A stretch of 64,000 bases of DNA, from the NCBI GenBank assembly GCA_964428325.1, contig CAYRXU010000001.1:42842-106841 (forward strand), read 5' to 3'. Position numbers and translations under genes: made by a program. The first letter of the stretch is position 1, and each line of letters starts with the position of its first letter. This DNA is from Candidatus Woesearchaeota archaeon. Lineage in GTDB: Archaea > Nanobdellota > Nanobdellia > Pacearchaeales > GW2011-AR1. Shown in pieces: positions 1-10,412 of this stretch. The notes below the pieces were generated by a model. The model saw nothing but the letters and a program-made list of their open reading frames with translations. It made no database searches and was not told where the DNA came from.

Positions 1-436
1 AATTATGTATCCAGAGATTCCTCTTGAAGACCTTGAAGTAAGCGAGCACTATAGCAATTCCAAGAGCAATGAAGTAAGCGTAGGAAATCTTCATGACGAA
101 AGCATGTATCGATATGAAGAGGCCGATTATGATGACTACGAAGAACCACCAGCGAAGGAAGGTTTCTGCCTTGAGCTTCATGAGAAGAAGCATGATGCAA
201 ATAGCAACAACAAGAGCAATAATTATAGAAGTAAGCGCACTCGCAGGTTTAACATCTTCTGGCGGTTCAAATCCTTGAGGAAAGTTGTAATCAGTGTGAT
301 TTTCATAACTGTTTGTTGTTGTGTTGTAGGTTGTTACGACTGTCGGAGTGTATGCATGGTTGACGAAGATACCAATAAGTTGGGCTAGAACGAACATAGC
401 CAGAAGGACAGCTGTTATTTTCAGTGTATGCTTCAC
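1..436 (-). CDS. Presenilin/signal-peptide-peptidase-like intramembrane protease (PSH/DUF1119 family), partial, runs off the window start
   Basis: Not in the ORF track. GTG at 436, 1 nt after the aCPSF1 stop, opens a stop-free frame MKHTLKITAVLLAMFVLAQLIG...FLRWWFFVVIIIG...KRNLWIHN with several TM helices, resembling archaeal PSH N-termini. The catalytic YD/GxGD motifs would lie outside the window. Confidence 0.7.
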   Translation of the reverse strand, partial: MKHTLKITAVLLAMFVLAQLIGIFVNHAYTPTVVTTYNTTTNSYENHTDYNFPQGFEPPEDVKPASALTSIIIALVVAICIMLLLMKLKAETFLRWWFFVVIIIGLFISIHAFVMKISYAYFIALGIAIVLAYFKVFKRNLWIHN

Positions 437-437
437 T

Positions 438-2318
438 TTACTTCAGCCTCACGGTTTCAAGGTTGCGTGGAGCAATGGTTTCAATGTGATTGAGTTTGTA
501 CAACGTTGATGCAAGATCAAGGCACTTGGAAGCTTCACCGTGATTGATAATGATGCGCTTTGGTTTAGGATTCATACGGCTGATGTACTGCAAGAGTTCA
601 TTTCGACCTGAGTGTGATGAAAGACCGTACATTGTCTCTACCTTGAGCTTAACTTCAACAGGTTCGTCGTTTGCTTTTACATGAGTAAGTCCTTCCTGTA
701 CTTGGCGACCTAGTGAGCTTGGTGCTTGGTACGAACCGAAAATGATCAAGTTCTTAGGATTGTCAGCAAGATGCTTGAAGTACTCAACAGACGCGCCTCC
801 AACCAACATACCAGATGTAGCGATAATTATGCAGGGTCCACCTTCAACGACTTCCTTGCGTTCTGCGGGTGAGCCAACGTGCTTGAAGACGGGAGAAGTA
901 AATGGATTGTTGTCCTGGAAGATTTGATTTCTAACAGAAGCACTCAAAAAGTCTGGGTAGGCTGTGTGGATAGCGTTGATATCGCGGAGAATACCATCAA
1001 GATAGACTGGAATTTCTGGGAGTTCTCCTGTTCGGATAGCCTCTTCGATACGTAGAACTGTTTCCTGAGCGTGGCCAAGACCCAATTCTGGGAGAAGAAT
1101 CTTTCCTCCTTCCATTATAGTCTCTTTAGCTAGCTGCATAAATCTGTCTTCAACTTCCTTTCGTGGAGGAAGGATGTCATCCTTTGAACCGTAAGTTGCT
1201 TCTAGAGTGACGGTTTCAACACGTGGGAAATAATTGACTGCTGGATCGAGCAAACGAGACTTTCGATAGTTGGTGTCTGCACTGTATACGAAGTTGTGAA
1301 GGCCATTGCCCACATTCACGTGAACTACGGCAGATCCCAGTACGTGACCAGCGTTGTAGAAGGTTATACGAATGTCAGGAGTGATGTCTGAAACTTCACC
1401 GTAGTTGAGGCAGATGCTATGGCGCACCATTTCCTTAATGTCTTCTGGCTTGTAGAGTGGTGTTGCTGCTTGCTTATAGGCGACCCCAATATAGTCTAGG
1501 GCTAGTAAAGCAGAAATGTCGCGTGTCGGTGGCGTCATGTAGATTGGGCCCTTGTAGCCCATCTTATACAAGTAAGGCAATAAACCGCAGTGGTCTGTGT
1601 GGGCATGTGATAGAATAATGGCGTCTATTGAGTTCAAGTCTCCAATCTCGGCTACGTCAAGGTAAGGAAATCTCTCTTGGCCTTCCGAGATACCAGGGTT
1701 GATACCGCAATCAAGCAAGACTCGTGATTTTGGAGTATGTAACAGCAAACATGAACGGCCTACCTGGCGTCCGCTTCCAAGATACGTCAAACGCACCCAC
1801 ATGTCCATCTTTTCAGGGTTCCAGTCGGTGTAGATTTTCTTTCCAACTTCGTTCAAGAACTTTCTTCGGTAAGTGTTGTTAGCGTAAAGAACAGAGCGGA
1901 TCTTTTCAGTGATCTTTGAAGGGATGGCTGGACTGCGCTGAACGGTTGGCGTCCACATTGTAACATTGCGAATATCGTTTAGGAGTGAGCCTTGCTTGCC
2001 TATGACCATGCCTGGTCTTTTGGCTTCAATAACTACAATACTTCTCTGAACATCAAAGATAATGCTCTCGATCTCTGCCTCTGCAGGGACAAGCTCACGG
2101 ATAGTCTTCTCAGTCTCTTCTTCGGAAGCGAGAATCTTTTGGTCGGCCCGGAGCTCGATGCGCTTCTTGATTTTATTCACTACATCCCTAATCTTTTCTT
2201 CACCATTGCGCACAAAATCTTTGTCGGCCGTGTAAAGAACGATATTTGCGCCTTCGAAGATTGCATCTGTAACTGTCTTGGGCAATTCCTCTAGAATACT
2301 TTTGATAATGTCTGCCAT
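438..2318 (-). CDS. fttA: aCPSF1/FttA beta-CASP ribonuclease with N-terminal KH domains
   Basis: FEGANIVLYT N-terminus, KH GxxG loop (PGMVIGKQG), MBL SHAHTDH motif, AGHVLGS, beta-CASP region, C-terminal APRNLETVRL. Confidence 0.95.
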   Translation of the reverse strand: MADIIKSILEELPKTVTDAIFEGANIVLYTADKDFVRNGEEKIRDVVNKIKKRIELRADQKILASEEETEKTIRELVPAEAEIESIIFDVQRSIVVIEAKRPGMVIGKQGSLLNDIRNVTMWTPTVQRSPAIPSKITEKIRSVLYANNTYRRKFLNEVGKKIYTDWNPEKMDMWVRLTYLGSGRQVGRSCLLLHTPKSRVLLDCGINPGISEGQERFPYLDVAEIGDLNSIDAIILSHAHTDHCGLLPYLYKMGYKGPIYMTPPTRDISALLALDYIGVAYKQAATPLYKPEDIKEMVRHSICLNYGEVSDITPDIRITFYNAGHVLGSAVVHVNVGNGLHNFVYSADTNYRKSRLLDPAVNYFPRVETVTLEATYGSKDDILPPRKEVEDRFMQLAKETIMEGGKILLPELGLGHAQETVLRIEEAIRTGELPEIPVYLDGILRDINAIHTAYPDFLSASVRNQIFQDNNPFTSPVFKHVGSPAERKEVVEGGPCIIIATSGMLVGGASVEYFKHLADNPKNLIIFGSYQAPSSLGRQVQEGLTHVKANDEPVEVKLKVETMYGLSSHSGRNELLQYISRMNPKPKRIIINHGEASKCLDLASTLYKLNHIETIAPRNLETVRLK

Positions 2319-2345
2319 AATTCTTTAGATGAATGTGAAATGAAA

Positions 2346-2999
2346 TTAATTGTAATTAGGGGTGATTCTTTGGGAAACTGATTTCTTTATGCCTTCTTTT
2401 GTGATACTGTAAACATCAATGCCGTTTCCAGAAGCGCTGTCTCTTTGTGTGGAAGCCTTAAGTGCTTCTGTGACAAGATGTTCGCCTTCTTTGATTGACA
2501 TTTCTGGTTTCCACTGGCGTTCGAACAAGCCAAGGGCAAACGGCATTCCTGAACCAAAGTTTGCGTCGTAGTCAGTTACCTTGTAAACTCCTCCGGCTGG
2601 CTCGATTGTGTAAACTTCAGAGCTGCCATCTTCGTTGTAACCTCCAATGAGAGCACCTACAATGTGAGGCATCATAGAGGGCTGGCGAATATTGCGGTAG
2701 TACATCATTCCGACCAAGCTTGCAGCCTCTTGGACTGTAGGGCGTACTTTGTTTCGCAACTCTAGAAGCTTAAGTTCTGCAGCTATAACTTTGCTAGACA
2801 AGAATGCATCTGCTGCGTTGCCGCACCAAGACATGACAAGGTAATCGTTAATCTGCTGTACTTTATCTTGGTTCTTGCTCATGATGATGTTGCCAGCAGT
2901 CACACGGCGATCTGCACCCATAACTACGCCATCTTTACATACGACGGCCACTATAGTTGTACCTGTTTTTGCTACCGTTGTGTCAATTGTGGAGTTCAT
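2346..2999 (-). CDS. psmB: Proteasome beta subunit
   Basis: Propeptide ending KTG-TT with catalytic Thr; GADRRVTAG, GSG and RDSASG motifs. Confidence 0.95.
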   Translation of the reverse strand: MNSTIDTTVAKTGTTIVAVVCKDGVVMGADRRVTAGNIIMSKNQDKVQQINDYLVMSWCGNAADAFLSSKVIAAELKLLELRNKVRPTVQEAASLVGMMYYRNIRQPSMMPHIVGALIGGYNEDGSSEVYTIEPAGGVYKVTDYDANFGSGMPFALGLFERQWKPEMSIKEGEHLVTEALKASTQRDSASGNGIDVYSITKEGIKKSVSQRITPNYN

Positions 3000-3070
3000 A
3001 AGAATACCAGAACCTCTGTTAATATGGGGAAAGGCGAGAGGTATTTAAATTTTGTGATAGATAATTCGGC

Positions 3071-5122
3071 CTAAGCACTCACCGGTTGCGATGCTCCGCC
3101 TTCTTTGGAGATGCGCATGACATTGTCTACGAAGCCCTCTATACGAGACTCATGACTGACTATGATGAGCTGAGTAACTGCAAGTTCCTTCAGGATGTCG
3201 CGTACCTTGTCAAGCTGTTTCTCCGAGAAACCATCTGTTGGCTCGTCAAGGATGATTAAGTCACGAGTTTTGATGTGACTGTGGACAGCATGGATGATTT
3301 GGTTGAGTGCAAGTCTGTATGCTAGAGCAATAGCTGTACGCTCTCCTCCTGAAAGGAATCCATAGTCTGTTTCAAACCCGTTGCGCATGATAACGGGAGT
3401 AAAGTTCTCATCCAGATGCACTGTGAAATCAACGCTTGTAAGAAGAACGAACCATTTGTTGAATAGTTTGGAGAATTCTTCGCGCAGACGAATGAGGATA
3501 CTTTTCTCAATGAGTGAAATCAGTGTAGAAAATTCTGATGAAAGCCAACTCTCAAGGGCAATAAGGCGATTGACTTGCTCTTTCTGTGCTTCTTTCTGTG
3601 CAACAATATCTTTCGTACGCTGAAGTTCGCGTAGAGTAATATCTTTCTCTCTTCTGTTTTCAGCGAGTTCAATTTCCTTCTTTTTCTCCTCATCAAATGC
3701 CTTTTTCAGGTCAAGTTCAACTTTTTTGAGTTGAGCATCATACTTCGCGAGAGCAAAGATAGATTCCTTCAGCGAGGAAATATGCATCTGGAGGCTGTCG
3801 ATGTCCTTATCTATGGTTTCTCTCTGGCGCTCCCACTCTTGCTTGCGCTGACGAGAGATATCTAGCTCTGCTTGTTTAACATGTGCGATCTCTAAACGAG
3901 ATTTTTCTGCTTCGAGAGTGGATTGTTCTTTCTGTGTTTGTGCAATGCTATTATCGATTTGCGTTTTCTGCTCACGTAGATTTGCTAGATTCTTCTCTAT
4001 AGCAGCCACGCGAGATTCTGTCTCATTTAGGATGTTATGCTTGTGGTTATCTGAAACGTCTTGGAGACAAGTCGGACACATCTTGATGTTGAAAACGCGA
4101 TTCTTTTTCTCAACATCTTCTGCCTTCTTGAGGTCAAATGAGCGGATGGAGCTTGTTATCTCTAGAAGTTTACCTCGGAGATGTTCGATACTCTTTTTGC
4201 TCTCTGCAAGTTTCTGTAGGGTAGCGCGATAATCACTCTCATTGAAATCTACGGCCGTTTTTGCAAGACGATCGGTAATTGTAGCGATGTCGCGTTCAAT
4301 ATCTGAACGCCTCTGCATTTTGTTTGTCAATTGCAGACTTGCCTTTTCGCGTTCAGTTTCGAGAGATTGTTTTTCAGTTATTTTTGTTTTCAACTCAAGC
4401 AGTTCTGTTTCGACACCTTTACGTGATTGTTTTCTTTCGTCTACCATTGATGAAAGGACTGAAATGGAACTGTCAAGTTTCTCCAGAGTGCGTCGATATT
4501 CTTGTATTCGCGTCTTGTGTAGATCAATATCCTTGAGCTCTGCTTGTACAAGTTTGCTTTTCTCACGTAATTTTATTGTGACTAGCGCGAGATTCTCTTG
4601 AATATTCTTGTATTTATCTATGGCAAAAATGTGCCTTAAGGTATCCAGCCGAGAATCTGGATCATCAAGGATAATTTGCTTCATCTCTTCTTGGGGAGAA
4701 TAAACAGTGTATCTGTAAAGCACGTTGGTTTTCTTCACGAATTCTTCAGGGTAACCGAGAAGTTCTAGGATTTTTAGTTTGAGTTCTGTGACTGCAAGCT
4801 CTTGCTTTGAGCCATTTACAGTAATCGCTGCGTAATCTTGATTGATTGTTTTTGCGCTTCGCTTAATAGTGCGCTCAATGACTATGGTGTCGTTATTTAT
4901 ATCCATTTCAAGTTCAACGCGACCCTCTGGAGCATTGTGCGAAAGTAATGACGATCCTCTTTGACCAGGTTGTAGACCGAAGAGTGCAAACTCTATGGAA
5001 AGAAGAATAGTTGTTTTACCTGCACCCACATCTCCAGAAAGAAGAATAGATCCATTAGGGAAAGTTATTTCTGCATTTTTGTAACTTCGGATGTTCTTTA
5101 AGGAGAGACGTTTGATTCTCAT
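3071..5122 (-). CDS. rad50: Rad50 double-strand break repair ATPase
   Basis: Walker A GDVGAGKT, coiled coil with CPTC zinc hook, LSGGE signature, LDEPT Walker B; overlaps mre11. Confidence 0.93.
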   Translation of the reverse strand: MRIKRLSLKNIRSYKNAEITFPNGSILLSGDVGAGKTTILLSIEFALFGLQPGQRGSSLLSHNAPEGRVELEMDINNDTIVIERTIKRSAKTINQDYAAITVNGSKQELAVTELKLKILELLGYPEEFVKKTNVLYRYTVYSPQEEMKQIILDDPDSRLDTLRHIFAIDKYKNIQENLALVTIKLREKSKLVQAELKDIDLHKTRIQEYRRTLEKLDSSISVLSSMVDERKQSRKGVETELLELKTKITEKQSLETEREKASLQLTNKMQRRSDIERDIATITDRLAKTAVDFNESDYRATLQKLAESKKSIEHLRGKLLEITSSIRSFDLKKAEDVEKKNRVFNIKMCPTCLQDVSDNHKHNILNETESRVAAIEKNLANLREQKTQIDNSIAQTQKEQSTLEAEKSRLEIAHVKQAELDISRQRKQEWERQRETIDKDIDSLQMHISSLKESIFALAKYDAQLKKVELDLKKAFDEEKKKEIELAENRREKDITLRELQRTKDIVAQKEAQKEQVNRLIALESWLSSEFSTLISLIEKSILIRLREEFSKLFNKWFVLLTSVDFTVHLDENFTPVIMRNGFETDYGFLSGGERTAIALAYRLALNQIIHAVHSHIKTRDLIILDEPTDGFSEKQLDKVRDILKELAVTQLIIVSHESRIEGFVDNVMRISKEGGASQPVSA

Positions 5123-6267
5123 ATTTCAAGTAGCTTGTTTATTTCTCCCAACAAGCGAGCTTCGTAGATTTGCGTCCTTTCATCTTCTTTCTTCTCTATA
5201 CCCAATGCATGTACAAGCGTTTCAATAAGCTCATTGAATTGTGAAGGGTGCTCTTCCTTGAAACGTGAGATAAGCTTGTGTTCCACGTGTTCTGTTTGCT
5301 GTTCGAGACCGATCTCCATATCGCGAGTATAGAGTCGAGAAGTGTCACGCAAAACTGAGTAAGCTCCTTCTTTTCGTACTAGAGATTCCAATTGAGCAAT
5401 GTTTAGATTTGAGAGCTGACCCGAAGCCATGGTACCCTTCAGTTTGAGAATGACAACTGCGTCCTTGATTGCGTTGGAAGCTAGTTTTGTTCGCAAGATT
5501 TCTTCTACATTTGTCTCGTCTGCAATATCCAGTTCAAGAAGGATAACCTCTTTCAGACGGATTTCATGGCGCTCGATCTTGCCCTTTGTGTCTGCAATAT
5601 AATAAGAGCCGCCCTTAAGTTCTTCGAGCTCGAGAACGTTATTCGGAAACAGTGGGCCGCAGTAGACGCGATTCTTTCGTTCGTAGCGCACATGCAAATG
5701 GGCAAGAGCAACATAGTCTACAGGAGGCAATTTGTCTTGGTCTACTGCTGGAATTGGCAAGCTTCCTACTGCGTCACGCAAAGCTGTGTGGAGCATCAAA
5801 ATCTTGAAAAGCCCAGGGGCATCGTTCAGCTTTATCCTCGCAATTTCTTCTACTTCTAGAGCGGACTTCTTTCCAGGATAACCATAGATAGCTACGTTCT
5901 TGTAGATAACAGGGTTTAGTACAATTGAGCCTGCCCTGTCCTCTGGTTGGAAGACGTTTTTTGCGAAGCCAGCTTTTTCAAGCACATCAAGGAAAGTCTT
6001 GCCAGAAACAGAGTAGTCGTGGCTGCCTGCAATCAAGAACACTGGAATGTTAGCTTCCTTGAGTTTTCTAAATTCATTGAAGGCTTCTTTCATTACTTCA
6101 ATAGGAGGATAAGCTGAGTCGAATAAGTCTCCTGCTATTAGTACAAAATCAAGCTTTTCTTTGATGAACTTATCAACCGCATGCTGGAAGCTTTGAGTAT
6201 TAAGCGTGAGCATTTCAGGCTCGCGCCAGCCACCTAGATGACAATCCCCTATATGGCCAAAGCGCAT
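5119..6267 (-). CDS. mre11: Mre11 nuclease
   Basis: DCHLG, AGDLFD, GSHD and LAHLH phosphoesterase motifs; start moved to the ATG at 6267 (MRFGHIGD). Confidence 0.92.
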   Translation of the reverse strand: MRFGHIGDCHLGGWREPEMLTLNTQSFQHAVDKFIKEKLDFVLIAGDLFDSAYPPIEVMKEAFNEFRKLKEANIPVFLIAGSHDYSVSGKTFLDVLEKAGFAKNVFQPEDRAGSIVLNPVIYKNVAIYGYPGKKSALEVEEIARIKLNDAPGLFKILMLHTALRDAVGSLPIPAVDQDKLPPVDYVALAHLHVRYERKNRVYCGPLFPNNVLELEELKGGSYYIADTKGKIERHEIRLKEVILLELDIADETNVEEILRTKLASNAIKDAVVILKLKGTMASGQLSNLNIAQLESLVRKEGAYSVLRDTSRLYTRDMEIGLEQQTEHVEHKLISRFKEEHPSQFNELIETLVHALGIEKKEDERTQIYEARLLGEINKLLEI

Positions 6268-6366
6268 AATAGAAACCTCCTCCGGGTTTCTATGCATCCC
6301 GGAACCATATTCCTTGTATCCATTCTCTTTTTCATAAAAATAGTTTAAACGAGAGTTATAAATAGA

Positions 6367-6903
6367 TTATTGTGCTTTTCGGCTGAGGTGCCAGACCTCT
6401 AAGGTTTCCATGAAAACCGAGGTTTTGTCGATGACTTTTTTCGATAGGTGTTGCTTTTTGATAAGGCTGAGTAGTTTCTTTTGAGGAGTAAGAGAGGAGA
6501 GCACAATAAGAAGAGATCCTTTTGGTGCAAGGTGTCTTTGTGCTTGTCTGAAGAAACGTAACAACAATTCATCTCCTTTCTTACCGCCAGAAGTTATGCG
6601 AGCACTTTTTGCGTCCTCTCGCGCATCTTGTGGAAGATAGGGTGGATTGAAGATGATGAGGTCGAATGTGCCTTTGACATTTGTGAATAAGTTGGATTTG
6701 ATTGTCTTGAGGTGCTGTTTTTTGAGGTGGGCAACGACTTCACCGTCAATATCAACAGCTGTAACCTCGCAAGCCCCCGAGGCAAGAGCTGCTTGTGCTT
6801 GCACGCCTGAACCGCTTCCCATGTCAAGCACGCGCTTCCCTTTTGCGTATTTCTTAACTGCTTTTTCCAGAAGGAAGGAATCTTCTGCTGGTGTGTAGAT
6901 CAT
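6367..6903 (-). CDS. HemK2/MTQ2-family glutamine methyltransferase
   Basis: YTPAEDSFLL, DMGSGSG SAM motif, NPPY. Confidence 0.9.
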   Translation of the reverse strand: MIYTPAEDSFLLEKAVKKYAKGKRVLDMGSGSGVQAQAALASGACEVTAVDIDGEVVAHLKKQHLKTIKSNLFTNVKGTFDLIIFNPPYLPQDAREDAKSARITSGGKKGDELLLRFFRQAQRHLAPKGSLLIVLSSLTPQKKLLSLIKKQHLSKKVIDKTSVFMETLEVWHLSRKAQ

Positions 6904-7009
6904 TGGAGTAGAACGCTTTCTTGCTTTTTAGGTGTATTCATTGTACAACCATTCGCCGCCTACAGCCCGTTTAAAATAATTTTAAAAACTTCGAGTGCTT
7001 CTGAATAGA

Positions 7010-7420
7010 GTGAAGAAAAGAGTGAATGGCTTTTGCGGCAATATCGAGAAGGAGACTTTGTCGAATTCTAACTTTAGGCGCGTGGTCTACACAGCAAAAA
7101 ATAGTCAACTTGTAGTTATGTGTCTGAAGCCAGAAGAAGAAATCGGAATGGAGGTTCACCCCCACAATGATCAGTTTCTGCGATTTGAGAAGGGTGAAGG
7201 CGTATGCATCATAAATGGGCATAAGCATGAAGCGAGTGAGGGTTTCGCGATAATCGTGCCTGCGGGAGCAAAACATAACATTGTAAATAGGTCTAAAAGG
7301 CGCGAGTTAAAACTCTATACCGTTTATTCTCCGCCTCATCATAAAGACGGTACGGTGCATAAAACAAAGCAGCATTCTGACATGGATAAAGAAGAATTTG
7401 ATGGCAACACAACTGAATAA
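7010..7420 (+). CDS. Cupin-domain protein
   Basis: EEIGMEVH...DQF and VPAGAKHNI cupin motifs; GTG start about 30 nt after a TTTAAAAA box. Confidence 0.85.
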   Translation: MKKRVNGFCGNIEKETLSNSNFRRVVYTAKNSQLVVMCLKPEEEIGMEVHPHNDQFLRFEKGEGVCIINGHKHEASEGFAIIVPAGAKHNIVNRSKRRELKLYTVYSPPHHKDGTVHKTKQHSDMDKEEFDGNTTE

Positions 7421-7450
7421 CTAAAACATTGCCAGTCCTGAATTTATTTT

Positions 7451-7837
7451 CTATTGGAAGAAAGCCGCAATTTGTTCCCTGAACAAGATGGATGCTATGA
7501 AGGCTGCGACAGATAATACGAGAATTATAGCAAGAACTGTTACGAGAATAACTGAGCCGTGGCCTTGCTGCGGTTTTGGTGGTTGGAATTGCTGAGGTTG
7601 GGGCTTTGGTTGAACACGTTGAACGAGTGGTTGCACAGGCGTAGCTGGCCTGTTGAGAAGATTGGGAGCAGGTTTGGTTGCTTGTTCAATGTAGACCGAT
7701 CCAGTATCTAGATCGCGTGCCGCTTCTCGAACATCAGTATCTTTGTAGCCTGCTGTAACAAAACTCTGAATGGCTGCTTCAATAGGAACGCCGCGCTCAA
7801 GTGCGTTTCTTAAGCCGCCAACTAGGTCCTCCCTCAT
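7451..7837 (-). CDS. Hypothetical membrane protein (helical N-domain, Pro/Gln linker, C-terminal TM)
   Basis: Coupled to the rnj stop; hydrophobic C-terminal helix. Confidence 0.7.
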   Translation of the reverse strand: MREDLVGGLRNALERGVPIEAAIQSFVTAGYKDTDVREAARDLDTGSVYIEQATKPAPNLLNRPATPVQPLVQRVQPKPQPQQFQPPKPQQGHGSVILVTVLAIILVLSVAAFIASILFREQIAAFFQ

Positions 7838-9171
7838 GCTAACTTAAGCTCCTGCGCGTTCGTCAGAATGTGAACTGTGGAATTCTTCTTGTAGCCCATC
7901 TCAACAGCCAGATCGAAACCTGCCTTCAGCTTACTAAAGTCTCCATGGGAAGGAATGACGTGTTCTGGTTGAGTGAGTTTGATGAGGTCGCGCAGATCTT
8001 CTTTTCCGCCGTGTCCGCTTACGTGAACGTTGTCAAAGATACGAACGTGTTGTTTCTTGAGGCGCTTCTCTAGTTGTGCCCTGTTAAGCTCGTTGATAGG
8101 GGCAGGGATTGTCTTTGAAGAGAAAATAATATGATCTTCATTACCGAATTTGTAAGGCAGTTCATGTCGTGATATACGGTCTAAAACAGATCCGGGCTCG
8201 CCTTGGTGGCCCGTGCATACAAGAACGTATTTCTCTCTGTTCTTGGAAATACGATTAAGAATTTTTTCTGTTTGTTTTCTGTAGGACGACATGAAAATCT
8301 GACTTCTGAACGGTGCTTTGCCGACTGCATTGGCTGCGGAGACGTATTTGTTCAGACTTCGGCCAACAAATACTACTTCTCGATTGAGTTTGCGGCCAAA
8401 CTCTACAATGGACTTGAGACGCGCGATATGTGAAGAGAACGTTGTGACAATCATACCCGCTTTTTGATTGTCAGTTGTGAAGAAAACATCTTCAAGCAAA
8501 CCCCTTGCTATCTTTTCCGAAGGAGTTTTTCTATCGTCTGGTGCGTAGAGGCAGTCGACAATCAAAGCCTTGACTCCGATCTTTGCCAACTCTTTCAGGC
8601 GACGGTAGTTTGGAGCATCTCCAAATGTCGGAGTGTTGTCTAGTTTGTAGTCGTTAGCGTAAAGAATGATGCCGTCAGGCGTATGGAGTGCGATTATGGT
8701 TGATTGGATAGTTGAGTGAGTCATGTTGATGAATTCTACTTTGTGATCTCTCGAGCCTTTGATTGTGTAGACTCCGTTAGGCCTTACAGGAATGAGAGGA
8801 TTCTTGATTTGTTGTTTGTTGTCTTCAATGAGAGTCTTCAGAACTTCGATAGTGAAAGGCGTACTTAGAACAGGAGCGTTGTATCTTTGTGCTACATATT
8901 GAACAGCACCAACATGGTCAAGATGGGCGTGGGACACAAGCAGTGCGCGAACTTTGTTTCTGAGATTTTTTCTGTCTAGATATAAGTCGTCTGGGACTGC
9001 GCCGAGTGAACGCATGCCTCTTTCAGTTGGAATGCGTTCGCGTTCTTCGACACCCACAATAGCCGGCAAGTAAAGACCAGCATCAAACAAGAAGACATCA
9101 TTGCCTGACTCGATCGCAGTCATGTTCTTACCCACCTCGTTGTAACCACCAATTGTATGAATCTTAAGCAT
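7834..9171 (-). CDS. rnj: Ribonuclease J (archaeal)
   Basis: GGYNEVGKNM, SHAHLDH, TGHQGEP and HVSGH motifs. Confidence 0.93.
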   Translation of the reverse strand: MLKIHTIGGYNEVGKNMTAIESGNDVFLFDAGLYLPAIVGVEERERIPTERGMRSLGAVPDDLYLDRKNLRNKVRALLVSHAHLDHVGAVQYVAQRYNAPVLSTPFTIEVLKTLIEDNKQQIKNPLIPVRPNGVYTIKGSRDHKVEFINMTHSTIQSTIIALHTPDGIILYANDYKLDNTPTFGDAPNYRRLKELAKIGVKALIVDCLYAPDDRKTPSEKIARGLLEDVFFTTDNQKAGMIVTTFSSHIARLKSIVEFGRKLNREVVFVGRSLNKYVSAANAVGKAPFRSQIFMSSYRKQTEKILNRISKNREKYVLVCTGHQGEPGSVLDRISRHELPYKFGNEDHIIFSSKTIPAPINELNRAQLEKRLKKQHVRIFDNVHVSGHGGKEDLRDLIKLTQPEHVIPSHGDFSKLKAGFDLAVEMGYKKNSTVHILTNAQELKLA

Positions 9172-9244
9172 CCATCGTTAAAGAACGAGACGTTTATATA
9201 GCTTTTTGGCAAAACTATAAATAGCATTTTTCCTTCGACAAACC

Positions 9245-10072
9245 ATGCACCAGCATATCCGACGCCTGAAAGAGCATAGAAATGTGTTGTATGGTGCAGT
9301 GTGTTTTCTTTTCCTCATCCAGCTGGTGGCTTTGATTACACTCTCTGCTCAGCTTTCACAAGTGCGAACGGCACAGATTGTTGCTGCTAGTGAAACGCAA
9401 AGAGCTCTTGATGAGGCGCAGGAAGCTAATCATTATCAGATACAAGAGATTGCACGTGTTGTAAGCACGCAACGTACTGATCTTGAAGGACAGATAACGC
9501 TCTTGCGAGCATCTAATGATTTTTCTGGAACGGTGAATAATGTTATTCGAGGAGTTGTGAGCATTAATACGGACAAATCTGCAGGAACAGGATTTATTGT
9601 TCATTCTTCCGGATATATTGTGACTAACCATCACGTGATTGCTGACGCTCAGAAGATACAGGCGATCGATATTGCGGGCAAGACCCATGATGCAACCGTT
9701 GTCGCAGATGATAGCGCGAAAGATCTTGCTTTGTTGAAAGTGGATGGGACATTTGACGCCCTCTCGCTTGCTGATTCAGATAGAGTAGTCCTTGGAAGCA
9801 AAGTCATTGCCATTGGTAATCCTCTTGGTCTTTCTTTCAGCGTGACTGAGGGCATTGTATCTGCAGTTGATAGACAAGGACCTAATGGGCTTGCGAACTA
9901 TATTCAAACAGATGTTACGTTGAATCGTGGAAACTCTGGCGGGCCACTCATTAATACTGCTGGACAAGTTATTGGAGTGAACAACTTCAAGATAGGAGAA
10001 GCCGAAGGGCTTGGCTTTGCACTCGAGAGCAATATTGTGCGCGACTTCATCGCTTCGCACGTTCCTAACTAA
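9245..10072 (+). CDS. Membrane-anchored trypsin-like (HtrA/DegP-type) serine protease lacking PDZ
   Basis: N-terminal TM and coiled coil; triad motifs TNHHV, DLALL, GNSGGP; ends right after the protease domain. Confidence 0.9.
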   Translation: MHQHIRRLKEHRNVLYGAVCFLFLIQLVALITLSAQLSQVRTAQIVAASETQRALDEAQEANHYQIQEIARVVSTQRTDLEGQITLLRASNDFSGTVNNVIRGVVSINTDKSAGTGFIVHSSGYIVTNHHVIADAQKIQAIDIAGKTHDATVVADDSAKDLALLKVDGTFDALSLADSDRVVLGSKVIAIGNPLGLSFSVTEGIVSAVDRQGPNGLANYIQTDVTLNRGNSGGPLINTAGQVIGVNNFKIGEAEGLGFALESNIVRDFIASHVPN

Positions 10073-10074
10073 CC

Positions 10075-10347
10075 ATGGCAAAAGTACCTTCAAGTGCGCG
10101 TCTGAACAGGAGATACCTCCTTGTGAGAGCGTCAAAGAGTAATGTAGAAGCTGCACTTATGGAGTATCTAGGTGTGTTGGGCTGGTCCCGTGCTGCCCCT
10201 GTTTTTCTTAAAGAGACTCAAAAAGGACTTATCTTTGCGGTCAACCGTGAAGAGTTGCAACATGTTGAGGCTGCTTGCGTTTTGTATAAGAATCCCATCC
10301 AGGTTCTGAAGGTTTCTGGGACGCTGAAGGGTTTGGGTCTGGCGTAG
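10075..10347 (+). CDS. RNase P protein Pop5/Rpp14 family
   Basis: PSSARLNRRYL N-terminus and VSGTLKGL C-terminus; canonical position upstream of psmA. Confidence 0.8.
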   Translation: MAKVPSSARLNRRYLLVRASKSNVEAALMEYLGVLGWSRAAPVFLKETQKGLIFAVNREELQHVEAACVLYKNPIQVLKVSGTLKGLGLA

Positions 10348-10412
10348 ATCAAAACATCACAAACCTTAAATAGACTGCAACGCAAGAATAGATATCTTAA
10401 GAGGATCTTACT

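Noticed and set aside
5..388. 127-aa plus-strand ORF in the ORF track
   Set aside because: Shadow of the minus-strand presenilin-like membrane gene (1-436), which continues the aCPSF1 operon.
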